Source of the DNA: Opitutales bacterium
Lineage (GTDB): Bacteria; Verrucomicrobiota; Verrucomicrobiia; Opitutales; UBA2987
Reading direction: 5' to 3'
Assembly: GCA_965226885.1 (NCBI GenBank)
Contig: CBDDEL010000013.1
Location: 288,001 to 352,000 of the forward strand
Length of the DNA stretch: 64,000 nucleotides
The translations under genes and the position numbers were made by a program. Position 1 is the first letter of the stretch, and each line of letters starts with the position of its first letter. Below the pieces are notes generated by a model. It saw only the letters and a list, made by a program, of their open reading frames with translations. It was not told where the DNA came from and did not search any database. This document shows positions 22,102 to 32,326 of the stretch, piece after piece.

Positions 22102-22599
22102 ATGGCAAAAAGAAAAAGAAAAGATCCAAAAAACAAGGGAATAAGCCGTATAGATTCGGGTTCGACTCATGGATGGTTTGTGAGGGGGTACAAAAATGGA
22201 AAAACCTACTCCAAACTTTATAGCGACATGAAGTGCGGGGGTAAAAGAAAAGCTCAGCAGGCAGCGAGAACTTTTCGCGATGAGCTTTACGAAAAGTTGG
22301 CCCAAATCCCCACCAAGCCTCGGGGTCGGAGGATCGTTTATCGTGATGCGCGCAATACTACAGGTGTGTTGGGTGTTTGCCGCACGGCAAAAACAAGTCC
22401 TAACGGGACAATAAACGAATGTTATTCGGTCAGTTGGAGACCGGCGCCCGGTGAACAGAAATGCACATCCTTCTCTATTCGCAGATATGGGGAGAAAAAA
22501 GCTTTCAAACTCGCCGTTGCTCATCGGCGGAAAATGCTTCGCCAAATTCATGGCCCAGGCATTTTCCGTAAAATGGCGGCCAGGCAAAAAAGCTCCTGA
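22102..22599 (+). CDS. Basic protein with two AP2-like DNA-binding domains
   Basis: GISRID...GWFVR...SKLYSD..GGK..A...A..FRD and NTTGVLGV...YSVSW...TSFSIRRYGEKKAFKLAV..R. Confidence 0.7.
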   Translation: MAKRKRKDPKNKGISRIDSGSTHGWFVRGYKNGKTYSKLYSDMKCGGKRKAQQAARTFRDELYEKLAQIPTKPRGRRIVYRDARNTTGVLGVCRTAKTSPNGTINECYSVSWRPAPGEQKCTSFSIRRYGEKKAFKLAVAHRRKMLRQIHGPGIFRKMAARQKSS

Positions 22600-22702
22600 G
22601 CATATTTGACTGAGTGGCCGGGCGGTGTAACGCATCGCCTCCCTCGCCCCACATTTTTAGGTTGGTGGAATCGCGCTGCATGGCTAAAAGGCAGCGTGTG
22701 GG

Positions 22703-23504
22703 GGTAGTGTATAAAAAAAGAATGTTATTTTGTATTTTTAGCTGTACAAATAGCGCTAGGCAGTTTATTCTTAGTGCATGGTTACTAAAATTATTAATTG
22801 TCGGCACTGTGGAAGTGAAAATATCATTAAATTTGGCAAGACGCCCAACCATAAACAGCGCTACCGCTGCCATGATTGTGGTAAACAAAGCCGCGAAAAC
22901 CCCACAGTGAAATACACCGAAGAGCAAAAAGAAATGATCCTTCGAGTCTATCAGGAACGCAGCAGTCTACGCGGTTTACAGCGCGCCTTCGGGGTGAGTC
23001 CCAACACCGTTTTGAGTTGGTTAAAAAAAACGACAATCGCTGCGACCGCTCAAAAGCACGATTCTTGCGGCCCGCCGCCATGATGTCATTGAACTGGACG
23101 AACTGTGGTCTTTTGTGGGGCGCAAGAGCGATGCCCAATGGGTTTGGATCGCTCTTTGCCGACGCACCCGTCAAATCCTCTCCTATGCCATTGGGCCTCG
23201 GGATTGGTATCGTTACCGGGAACTTTACGAGCGTCTGCCACGGGCCTACAAAAGATGTGCCACCTACAGCGACTTTTGGAGCACTTATGATGAAGTCTTT
23301 CCTCATAACCGATCCGTGGGAAAAGAAACCGGTGAAATGGCCCATGTGGAACGATGGAACAATACCCTGCGCCAACGACTGGGTCGTTTCACACGCAAAA
23401 CCCTCTCCTTTTCCAAGCTTAAGAGTATGCATGAAACCTGTCTGAGACTTTTCATTCATCAATATAATCAAGAATTAGCCACCATTCCTACTTAATACAC
23501 TACC
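22703..23504 (+). mobile_element. IS1-A, complete
   Basis: TIRs; 8-bp TSD CGTGTGGG; insA 22778-23083, insB to 23495. Confidence 0.95.
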
Positions 23505-23662
23505 CGTGTGGGCAATCGCGCATCATTTTTGCTTTCCTAGCGCTACCGGCAGAACCGTCTGATGAGGATTCCAGGTTGCAAAAGGAAGCTTCCGCCGTGG
23601 CATGGAATTCCCTTTGCGGGGAATTGGCATTGGGCTAGGCTGTATTCGGATTGCGGTTTATC

Positions 23663-24184
23663 ATGCTGGAAGGTTACTTAGTGTCGTTTTTAAAAATAGC
23701 CGTGGTTCACTTTTTGGCTGTTTCTTCCCCCGGTCCGGATTTTTTTCTGGTCCTTCGCAATTCCCTCATGGGCTCCCGGAGAACGGGTGTCTACACTTCG
23801 GTTGGAATCATGCTGGGCATTGGAGTTCATCTGAGCTATTGCCTGTTGGGCCTTCTTCTGGTGTTGAAAAGTTCAGAAAGCCTCTTCCTCTTTTTGAAGT
23901 ATGCCTGTGCCGGTTATCTTTTTTATTTGGGGGCGCAGGCCATTCGTCAAAAAGCTATTGCTCCTGAGGCCCCCGGCGTTTTATCGGGTTCGAGCCCCCT
24001 GACTTCCTCGGCCGCGGTGCGACAGGGTTTCGTCTGCAACCTCATTAACCCTAAAGCTATCCTCTTTTTCTGGAGCCTCTTTACCGTCATTATCTCAACT
24101 ACGACACCGTTATGGCTGCAATCCGCCATGGCACTGGAAATGATGTTTGTCAATTTTTGGTGGTTTGCCCTGGTCGCCTATATA
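23663..24184 (+). pseudogene. LysE/RhtB-family amino-acid exporter, 3'-truncated by IS
   Basis: SPGPDF, LKYACAGYLFYLG, GFVCNLINPKAILFF; IS TIR begins at 24185. Confidence 0.85.
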
Positions 24185-24671
24185 GAGGCTGTCCCAAAAA
24201 TATAAAGATTTTATAGTCAACTGGATGACGTTGATAAAAAGAGCCGGAAAGAGCAAGTTTTTGCTCGATCCGGCCAAAAAAGGGTTCTATAATTGAGTTA
24301 GCGAAAATCAATATAGCCCTTTCTATGAAAAATATAGCCATCCAATGCCTCCTGCGTCCAGCTTTAACTGTGGTCGACCGGTGCCTCGATTACGATAACT
24401 TCCGCGCCACCATTGATCGAATCGATCGGCTGCTGATCGACTCGGAGGTGACGTGTACTGGATTTGTTGGACACGGGATTCTCTTATATTCATTGTTTAT
24501 TGATTAGTGTGTCAGGCGGCTTGTTTTGGTAAAGGGTTTTGTTTTCTCGTTGCCCCCCATGGGGGGCAAATATTTTCCTCGAATTGGACTGGGTGTAAAC
24601 GCCGGGATGAAACCGGTACGGGGGTCGGGGTAAAACCGGTACGCTTGGAATAAGGTTTAGGTTAGTAATTG

Positions 24672-25472
24672 GGTAGTGTATAAAAAAAGAATGTTATTTG
24701 TATTTTTAGCTGTACAAATAGCGTTAGGCAGTTTATTCTTAGTGCATGGTTACTAAAATTATTAATTGTCGGCACTGTGGAAGTGAAAATATCATTAAAT
24801 TTGGCAAGACGCCCAACCATAAACAGCGCTACCGCTGCCATGATTGTGGTAAACAAAGCCGCGAAAACCCCACAGTGAAATACACCGAAGAGCAAAAAGA
24901 AATGATCCTGCGAGTCTATCAGGAACGCAGCAGTCTACGCGGTTTACAGCGCGCCTTCGGGGTGAGTCCCAACACCGTTTTGAGTTGGTTAAAAAAAACG
25001 ACAATCGCTGCGACCGCTCAAAAGCACGATTCTTGCGGCCCGCCGCCATGATGTCATTGAACTGGACGAACTGTGGTCTTTTGTGGGGCGCAAGAGCGAT
25101 GCCCAATGGGTTTGGATCGCTCTTTGCCGACGCACCCGTCAAATCCTCTCCTATGCCATTGGGCCTCGGGATTGGTATCGTTGCCGGGAACTTTACGAGC
25201 GTCTGCCACGGGCCTACAAAAGATGTGCCACCTACAGCGACTTTTGGAGCACTTATGATGAAGTCTTTCCTCATAACCGATCCGTGGGAAAAGAAACCGG
25301 TGAAACGGCCCATGTGGAACGATGGAACAATACCCTGCGCCAACGACTGGGTCGTTTCACACGCAAAACCCTCTCCTTTTCCAAGCTTAAGAGTATGCAT
25401 GAAACCTGTCTGAGACTTTTCATTCATCAATATAATCAAGAATTAGCCACCATTCCTACTTAATACACTACC
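24672..25472 (+). mobile_element. IS1-A, complete, inside the IS21 right end
   Basis: TIRs; 8-bp TSD AGTAATTG. Confidence 0.95.
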
Positions 25473-25575
25473 AGTAATTGCAGGTACGTCAAGGTTTAGG
25501 GTTTGGGAGTTGGTTTTGGGGATTGGCTTGGGGTCGGTGAGGAGGCCGGAGGCCGACGAGCCGGGCCCAAGGCGT

Positions 25576-26343
25576 TTATTGTTTTGTGCCACGGCGACGG
25601 CGTCGAGCATCGCGCAAGCGGTAGCTTTGCCCGTTGGCTTCGAGGATATGCACCCGATGGGTGAGTCGGTCCAGCAGAGCTCCGGTGAGCCGTTCGGAAC
25701 CGAGCACTTCGATCCAGTTCTCAAAGGGCAGGTTGGTGGTGACGATGAGACTGGTGCGCTCGTAAGCGCGGCTGACCACGTCGAAGAGCAGTTCGGAACC
25801 GGTCTTGGAAAAAGGGACGTAACCGAGTTCGTCGAGGATGAGTAGGTCGAGCCTTTCGAGTTGCTTCATGAAGCGCTGCAGGTCGTGGTTGTCGCGTTGC
25901 TCGAGCATATGGGTAACCAGGGCGGTGACCCCGAAGAAACGGATCCGCCGGCCCTGGGCACAGGCGGCAAAGCCCAGGGCGGTGGCCAGGTGCGTTTTAC
26001 CGGTACCGGCGTTACCGAGGAGCAGCACGTTTTCGCGCTGGTCGACATACTCCCCGCGCATGAGCTCTCGGATGAGCGCTTCGTTGATCGAGGGCTGCGC
26101 TTCAAAGGCGAAGCTCTCGAGGGTCTTGAGCACGGGGAAACGGGCGTTTTTGATCCGCCGCTGGGCGGCCCGCTGTTCGCGTTCAATGAGCTCCCGTTCG
26201 ACCAGATGCAACAAAAAGGCGGCGTAATCGAGCCGGTCCCGGGAACAAGCCGCGGCCACCGCCGGCCATTCGCGCAGGATGGTGGGCAACCTCAGTTTCT
26301 TGAGGTGATGGTGTAACAGCAGCTGGTTTTTTTCTTCCTTCAT
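25576..26343 (-). CDS. istB: IS21 transposition helper AAA+ ATPase
   Basis: GNAGTGKTHLA (Walker A), LLILDELGY (Walker B), TTNLPF, ALLDRLTH. Confidence 0.95.
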   Translation of the reverse strand: MKEEKNQLLLHHHLKKLRLPTILREWPAVAAACSRDRLDYAAFLLHLVERELIEREQRAAQRRIKNARFPVLKTLESFAFEAQPSINEALIRELMRGEYVDQRENVLLLGNAGTGKTHLATALGFAACAQGRRIRFFGVTALVTHMLEQRDNHDLQRFMKQLERLDLLILDELGYVPFSKTGSELLFDVVSRAYERTSLIVTTNLPFENWIEVLGSERLTGALLDRLTHRVHILEANGQSYRLRDARRRRRGTKQ

Positions 26344-27845
26344 AAAGCCCCTCCTGGAATCTTGAGCAGTTCGCTGTAGGCACCGAGGTCAGGGGCGGCC
26401 ACACGGACGTGACGCAGGTGTGGATGGCCGTCCAGCCGGAAGGTTCTGCTCCCGTAGTCTTCCTGAGGATAGAGATACTGGGCGATGGCCTCACGAGTCA
26501 GTCCCCCCACCCGCAGGGCCGAGACGACGGCCTGCTGCAAGGCCGCCATGGGGTGTTTCTCCAACAGCCGCAGCACCCGGATATACTCCCGGGTGCCTTC
26601 GCCCCCGCATTGGCTTTCGAGCCGGCGTCTGAGGACCTGCAGGCACTGCGGCAACTGCCAGCCCGAGAGTGGGCGGGCGAAGTCCAAAGCGCCCGGTTTT
26701 TTCTCCAGCAAAGCCAGGTAGTGCACCGGCTCGAAAGAGACTTGCTCTTTATCCCAAATGCGGCGGTGCCGGGCCACCTCTTGGCCCCCACAGAAGATCA
26801 CCACCTGCCGACAGGACCCTTCCACCACCACCGGATGGTGGGCGCAGCGCACCGGCACCGAATAGTCGTTGCACTCGAAGCGCACCAGCGAGAGGCTGCT
26901 GACGCAGGTCGAGCGTTTGCGGCTCGCTTCAAAGGGTATGGGCGGCAACGCCAGCATGACGGCGCGCTCCTCGGCCAGCAGTTCCTTTTTCACCGCCCTT
27001 TTCCCGCGTAATTTACGCTCCATGTCCCGCTCACATGCCTCCAACAGCTTTGCGTTGAGTTCCTCCAGGTCCCGAACCTGCGGTACCGGTACCAGGAAGT
27101 TGGCCCGGGCATAACGCACGATCCCCTCGACCACGCCCTTCTCGTTGGGCCGGGCGGGCAGACAGAAGTGTTCCTCGAACAGGTAATGGCTCTGTAGCTG
27201 CAGAAACCCGTCGGTCAGCTTGCGTTCACGCGAACCGATAATCTTACCCACCGCCACCTTCGAGTTGTCATAGCTGATGCGCCGGGGCACCGCCCCGAAA
27301 AACTCAAAAGCTCGCAGGTGCCCCTCCCAGAAGCTCTCCGTGCACTCCCGTTCGAACACCTGCACGAAAAAGGCATCGCTGTAGGGCAGGCTCATGGCAA
27401 AAAATGGCCGCCTACGCAATTGCCCCGCCTCCTTCACCAGGGCATGACCGAAGTCCACCTGTCCCTCCCCGGGGCGGTGCTCCAGCGGCACGAACACTTC
27501 CCGCCGCCTCGCTCGCAGCTCGGCCACCACCTCCTTGACCGCCGTGTAGCCCCCTTGGTAGCCCTTCTCCCGACCCAAACGCTGGTAGATCCGTTTGGCC
27601 GTATGGCGCTGCTTCTTGGGCACGTTCCGGTCCGCTTTGAGCACCTCCTCGATCCAGCCCACATACGGATCGATCTTGCGCTCTCGCCTCTTCTTGCGCC
27701 GGTATCCCGGCGGCTGGGAATAGGCCAGCATCTTTCCCAGGGTCTCCCAGTGCAGTCCCTCTTCTCGCATTACAGAGCGCTTGCTCTGCTTGTCCCGCAG
27801 CACTTTGTGCCGCACTCTTGTCCATTGCTTCATATCTCGATACAC
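26340..27845 (-). CDS. istA: IS21 transposase
   Basis: QRHTAKRIYQRL, GQVDFG, YDNSK, NEKGVVE, NDYSVP. Confidence 0.95.
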   Translation of the reverse strand: MYRDMKQWTRVRHKVLRDKQSKRSVMREEGLHWETLGKMLAYSQPPGYRRKKRRERKIDPYVGWIEEVLKADRNVPKKQRHTAKRIYQRLGREKGYQGGYTAVKEVVAELRARRREVFVPLEHRPGEGQVDFGHALVKEAGQLRRRPFFAMSLPYSDAFFVQVFERECTESFWEGHLRAFEFFGAVPRRISYDNSKVAVGKIIGSRERKLTDGFLQLQSHYLFEEHFCLPARPNEKGVVEGIVRYARANFLVPVPQVRDLEELNAKLLEACERDMERKLRGKRAVKKELLAEERAVMLALPPIPFEASRKRSTCVSSLSLVRFECNDYSVPVRCAHHPVVVEGSCRQVVIFCGGQEVARHRRIWDKEQVSFEPVHYLALLEKKPGALDFARPLSGWQLPQCLQVLRRRLESQCGGEGTREYIRVLRLLEKHPMAALQQAVVSALRVGGLTREAIAQYLYPQEDYGSRTFRLDGHPHLRHVRVAAPDLGAYSELLKIPGGAL

Positions 27846-28084
27846 TCCTCCTTTCTAGGATAAGCGTACCGGTTTTAAAGCGCCCTCTTTACCGTACCGG
27901 TTTTTCCCCGGCGTTTACACCCCTCGTTGTCTTTGACAAACTGGTACTTCATTGTTCGTCCTTGGCAAAGTAGCCCACCGTTTTTTTTAGTATCTGGTTG
28001 ATCCGCTCCGAGCGGCGCAGCTCTTTGCGAAGACGATCTATCTCGGCCGCCATCTCCTTCGGACTGCTCTGTCGCTTTGAGGTG

Positions 28085-28118
28085 GCTTCGCCCTGCTGAT
28101 CGCTTCGCCCTGCTGATC
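28085..28118. repeat. 17-bp tandem duplication frameshifting IS3 orfA
   Basis: GCTTCGCCCTGCTGATC x2; single in sister copies. Confidence 0.9.
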
Positions 28119-29363
28119 GTCCAGATAGAGCCTCTTCCACCTATACAATTGGTTGGTGTTGACCCCAAGTTTGGTCGATACCTCGGTGGCGCTCAGACCA
28201 TCGAGTATCATCAGTTGAACTGCCTCATTTTTGAACTCTATACTAAAGCGTCTTCTTCCCATGCTTCGATTCTCCATTTAGGAGAATCTCGTGTCCACTT
28301 TTTCCAGTGCACATCATATCTTGAGGCAGATGAAAAAGCTGCTCAAACGGATCGGGGAGCATGCCCGCAGTCACCGGGAATTATTGCAAGCCTGCTGGGA
28401 GCAAAGCGATTACAGCGAAAAACAGGTCCAACAGATCCTCGCCCGGATGGAGCGCATGAGCGAGCAAATCCCGGTGGTCATCAAACAGGCGCACGAGCGG
28501 ATCATTGGCGGCCGCCAGGTGAAAAACGCAGAGAAAGTCTTGAGTGTTTACGAACTCGATGGGCAGGTGATTGTGCGAGGTAAAGCGGGCCAAGAGGTCG
28601 AGTTCGGCAACACCCTGTTTTTGGGAGAAAGCGTTGAAGGGTACCTGCTGGACTGGAAACTCTACGGCAGCCGAACTCCAAGCGAAAATGAACAAATGCA
28701 AGAGAGTTTGCAAAGACAGAACCGCTTCAACCTGGAAGAACCCATAGCGGCCATGTGCGCGGACCGGGGATTTGCCTCCCAGCGGGCCCGCCGGCAGTTA
28801 GCCCAGGAGGGAATCTACGACGCGCTCTGTCCACGCGATCCGAAGCAGTTGAAAAAACGGATGGAGGAACCACTGTTCAGACAATTGCAAAAGCGCCGGG
28901 CCAGCACCGAAGGGCGGATCGGGGTATTGAAGAATCGCTGGCAGGCCGGGCGGTTGCGCAGCAAAGGCTTTGCCAACCGCTCGATCAGCGTAGCCTGGTC
29001 GGTACTCTCGCACAACCTATGGAAAGTAGCCAAGATGCTGGCCCAGCAAGACGAACTAAAAACCAAAGCGGCGGCCTAGAGAGCGGAAAAGCAAGGACAA
29101 TACTTTTTCACAGCCGTACTGTCGGCTCATACAAAGAAAACCAGGCAACCGGACCCCAAAACCAGTATCCTAACGTCATAGGAGAGCAAAGTTGATACTC
29201 TCCCAAATGCAAATACCTCTAAAATGAGCGCCTATCAAAAGCCCTCGCAAAAATCACCCTTTTGGGACAGCCTCTAGGTAGGGGTGTCAGGAAAAAACAG
29301 AACTTTTCAGACTGTCTCCGAAGCCATTCCAAACAGGGGGAAAGGGCAACGAGACATCGCTAG

Positions 29364-30930
29364 CCCGGATATTTCGTAGAAAAAGTATCGTTGATATGCT
29401 TAACTGCTGATATACAGCAGGATAGATCAATAATTAAAGCAATATCAGCGATGACAAAAGGTAAACAATTAAAGCTACAGTTGACAAGGGTAAAAGGCCG
29501 CCGTGTGCGGGTTGATTTCAAAGGCGGAGAGGTTACTTCGGATGCCGGACTGCTTTTGATCCGGGAAGTGGATCGGCAGTTGGGCTTGACCGAACGAGCG
29601 GCCCGACAGTTAGTGGACAAACGGCAGAAGGGCAAAGTACGCCATGAGGTATTGGGGATGCTGCGGCAGCGCGTTTACGGGCTGGTGGCGGGCTATGAGG
29701 ATTTGAACGACTTTGATACCCTGCGCCACGATCCATTGTTGCAAACGGTAACGGGGCGCATTGAAACGTTGGCCAGCGCGCCGACTTTGTGTCGTTTTGA
29801 AAACGGGCAGGATCGGCGGGCAGCCTTTGCGGTAAACGAGCTGTTGGTCGAACAGTTCATGGGCTCCTTTGCCGAGGAACCCGAAGAGATCATCCTGGAC
29901 TTTGACGCCACCGACAATCCGGTGCACGGGCTCCAGGAGGGACGTTTTTTCCACGGTTATTATGATCATTACTGTTTTCTGCCGCTATATGTTTTTTGCG
30001 GTGATCAGCTGCTGGTGGCCTACCTGCGGCCGAGCAAGATCGATGCCAGCAAGCATGCCGGGGCCATCCTCAAATTGCTGGTTAAACGGATGCGCCAAAG
30101 CTGGCCCCGTACGCGGATTATTTGGCGCGCCGACAGTGGATTTTGTCGAGACCGGATACTCTCTTGGTGCGACCGCAACGAAGTTAGTTACATCGTGGGG
30201 ATGGCTCGCAATGCACGCTTGCAGCAAGACGCCCAGCAGTTGCAAAAGCAGGCCAAAGAATGGTTCGAACTAAGGGGTAAAAAACAACGGTTATTCCAGG
30301 ACTTCGTCTATGCTGCCGATTCGTGGCGATGGCTGCGGTTGGTCATCCATAAAGCCGAACACACCGCACAGGGGTCCAACCCGCGCTTCGTGGTGACGAA
30401 CCTGCCGGGCGATCCCCAGGAGCTTTACGACAAGGTATACTGTGGCCGCGGTGAAATGGAGAACCGAATCAAGGAACAGATGCAATTGTTCAGCGAGCGC
30501 ACCAGCGCCCATCAATGGTGGGCCAATCAGTGGCGATTGCTCTTGTCGGCGCTGGCCTACACCTTGATGGAAGCCATGCGCCGGTTAGCCTTAAAAGGGA
30601 CGAAGTGGGCGCGGGCCCAATGCCACACCCTGCGGCTCAAATTAATCAAGATCGGAGCGGTCATCGTGCGCAACACCCGAACGATTCACTTTCACCTAAG
30701 TGAGAGTTATCCTTGGGCCAGTCTTTTCAACCATGCGGCCCGCCGATTGGTGCCAACCTAAAGGGTGCATTGGTGCTGCCCCCGGCACTACCGAACCAAT
30801 GGGGGAAAGGGGGCAGTGTCTCTACACCCTGAAAAACACCTAAAAATCAAGACGATCTGCTCAAAATACAAAGAAATCCATCTCCAATAGCAATAACGAG
30901 CCAAACTTTACCCTTCATGAAATATCCGGG
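29364..30930 (+). mobile_element. IS1380-family element, complete
   Basis: TIRs; CTAG on both sides (29360-29363, 30931-30934). Confidence 0.95.
29451..30761 (+). CDS. IS1380-family transposase, intact
   Basis: Same DDE motifs as 16762-18072. Confidence 0.95.
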   Translation: MTKGKQLKLQLTRVKGRRVRVDFKGGEVTSDAGLLLIREVDRQLGLTERAARQLVDKRQKGKVRHEVLGMLRQRVYGLVAGYEDLNDFDTLRHDPLLQTVTGRIETLASAPTLCRFENGQDRRAAFAVNELLVEQFMGSFAEEPEEIILDFDATDNPVHGLQEGRFFHGYYDHYCFLPLYVFCGDQLLVAYLRPSKIDASKHAGAILKLLVKRMRQSWPRTRIIWRADSGFCRDRILSWCDRNEVSYIVGMARNARLQQDAQQLQKQAKEWFELRGKKQRLFQDFVYAADSWRWLRLVIHKAEHTAQGSNPRFVVTNLPGDPQELYDKVYCGRGEMENRIKEQMQLFSERTSAHQWWANQWRLLLSALAYTLMEAMRRLALKGTKWARAQCHTLRLKLIKIGAVIVRNTRTIHFHLSESYPWASLFNHAARRLVPT

Positions 30931-30936
30931 CTAGTC

Positions 30937-31218
30937 CTAATCAACGGGCAAGCCAGCCGGGACGCTGAAAAGGCTGCCATTGTCGAAGCGTTGGAAAAAT
31001 CGTCTCCCCAGGGTATTGTCATCGTATGTAGAAATCCAGCCTGAGTTATCCCCAAATAAGAACATCCAGCGGTAGGTGTTTTCGCTCAGGAAAAGCCATT
31101 CACCTAAGCCGGAGTCCCAAACGAAGATGACATTCTCTGTGCTCCCGGAGTCGACAAACTGCCAGCCATGTTCGTCGTGGAAAATCCAGGGCCAGGAATC
31201 GACATTGTAGTTCAGGTA
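30937..31218 (-). pseudogene. 3' remnant of a gene ending in a Trp-rich domain (probable secreted/surface protein)
   Basis: Not in the ORF track. Manual translation: YLNYNVDSWPWIFHDEHGWQFVDSGSTENVIFVWDSGLGEWLFLSENTYRWMFLFGDNSGWISTYDDNTLGRRFFQRFDNGSLFSVPAGLPVD*; cut by IS1 at 31221. Confidence 0.7.
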
Positions 31219-31220
31219 CC

Positions 31221-32022
31221 GGTAGTGTATAAAAAAAGAATGTTATTTTGTATTTTTAGCTGTACAAATAGCGTTAGGCAGTTTATTCTTAGTGCATGGT
31301 TACTAAAATTATTAATTGTCGGCACTGTGGAAGTGAAAATATCATTAAATTTGGCAAGACGCCCAACCATAAACAGCGCTACCGCTGCCATGATTGTGGT
31401 AAACAAAGCCGCGAAAACCCCACAGTGAAATACACCGAAGAGCAAAAAGAAATGATCCTTCGAGTCTATCAGGAACGCAGCAGTCTACGCGGTTTACAGC
31501 GCGCCTTCGGGGTGAGTCCCAACACCGTTTTGAGTTGGTTAAAAAAAACGACAATCGCTGCGACCGCTCAAAAGCACGATTCTTGCGGCCCGCCGCCATG
31601 ATGTCATTGAACTGGACGAACTGTGGTCTTTTGTGGGGCGCAAGAGCGATGCCCAATGGGTTTGGATCGCTCTTTGCCGACGCACCCGTCAAATCCTCTC
31701 CTATGCCATTGGGCCTCGGGATTGGTATCGTTGCCGGGAACTTTACGAGCGTCTGCCACGGGCCTACAAAAGATGTGCCACCTACAGCGACTTTTGGAGC
31801 ACTTATGATGAAGTCTTTCCTCATAACCGATCCGTGGGAAAAGAAACCGGTGAAACGGCCCATGTGGAACGATGGAACAATACCCTGCGCCAACGACTGG
31901 GTCGTTTCACACGCAAAACCCTCTCCTTTTCCAAGCTTAAGAGTATGCATGAAACCTGTCTGAGACTTTTCATTCATCAATATAATCAAGAATTAGCCAC
32001 CATTCCTACTTAATACACTACC
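31221..32022 (+). mobile_element. IS1-A, complete, no TSD
   Basis: TIRs; flanks CAGGTACC / CAAATTTT differ. Confidence 0.95.
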
Positions 32023-32045
32023 CAAATTTTAAATTGATTATGAAT

Positions 32046-32117
32046 GCCTAACAATGCGCTACACCGGGCCGCTATTCCGCTATGATCCACAACGACAGGT
32101 GAGCTTGCACGTTCGGC
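32046..32117 (+). other. Orphan integron attC recombination site
   Basis: R'' GCCTAAC, L'' GCT(A)CACC with an extra base, L' GGTGAGC, R' GTTCGGC; 72 bp; an upstream frame stops on the TAA inside R''. Confidence 0.7.
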
Positions 32118-32326
32118 ACAAGGGACCCAAGGCACAGCCCACTCTGCCTGATTGCCACCAAAACTCGCCCAAATACCGCTGACAACAAGGCAGTTCACTG
32201 GCCGTTTACTAATGAGAGATAATATAATGTGTTCAAAAAAACTGGTATCGAATTTGGTTGTGGGTTATGCACTCTTGAGGGGTCGAACCCCACGAATTCC
32301 AAAAGAACCTATGTTTCGATTAGCTA

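Larger units (their letters stand above)
24594..27919 (-). mobile_element. IS21-family element (istA/istB)
   Basis: TGTAAACGCCGGG / CCCGGCGTTTACA ends with repeated AAACCGGTACG boxes; no TSD. Confidence 0.95.
24449..28316 (-). mobile_element. IS3-family element (second type) interrupted by IS21
   Basis: Ends at 24449 and 28316; ~0.8 kb of orfB missing; no TSD. Confidence 0.9.
24185..29274 (+). mobile_element. IS5/ISNCY-like element containing nested IS3 > IS21 > IS1
   Basis: TIRs at 24185 and 29274 with TA flanks; transposase pieces 24325-24448 and 28317-29079, ~0.6 kb deleted. Confidence 0.9.

Noticed and set aside
23558..23626. CTGATGAG, a hammerhead ribozyme-like core
   Set aside because: No GAAA after a plausible stem II, and no stem I/III with an NUH site.
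24609..24643. Repeated AAACCGGTACG boxes as a possible CRISPR or iteron array
   Set aside because: These are the normal multiple IstA-binding repeats of IS21 ends, mirrored at 27865-27903; no cas genes or spacer array in the window.
30762..30830. HDV-like ribozyme call for the IS1380 3' structure
   Set aside because: The topology is similar, but the catalytic C in J4/2 and the conserved L3 sequence are missing; kept only as an unassigned structure.
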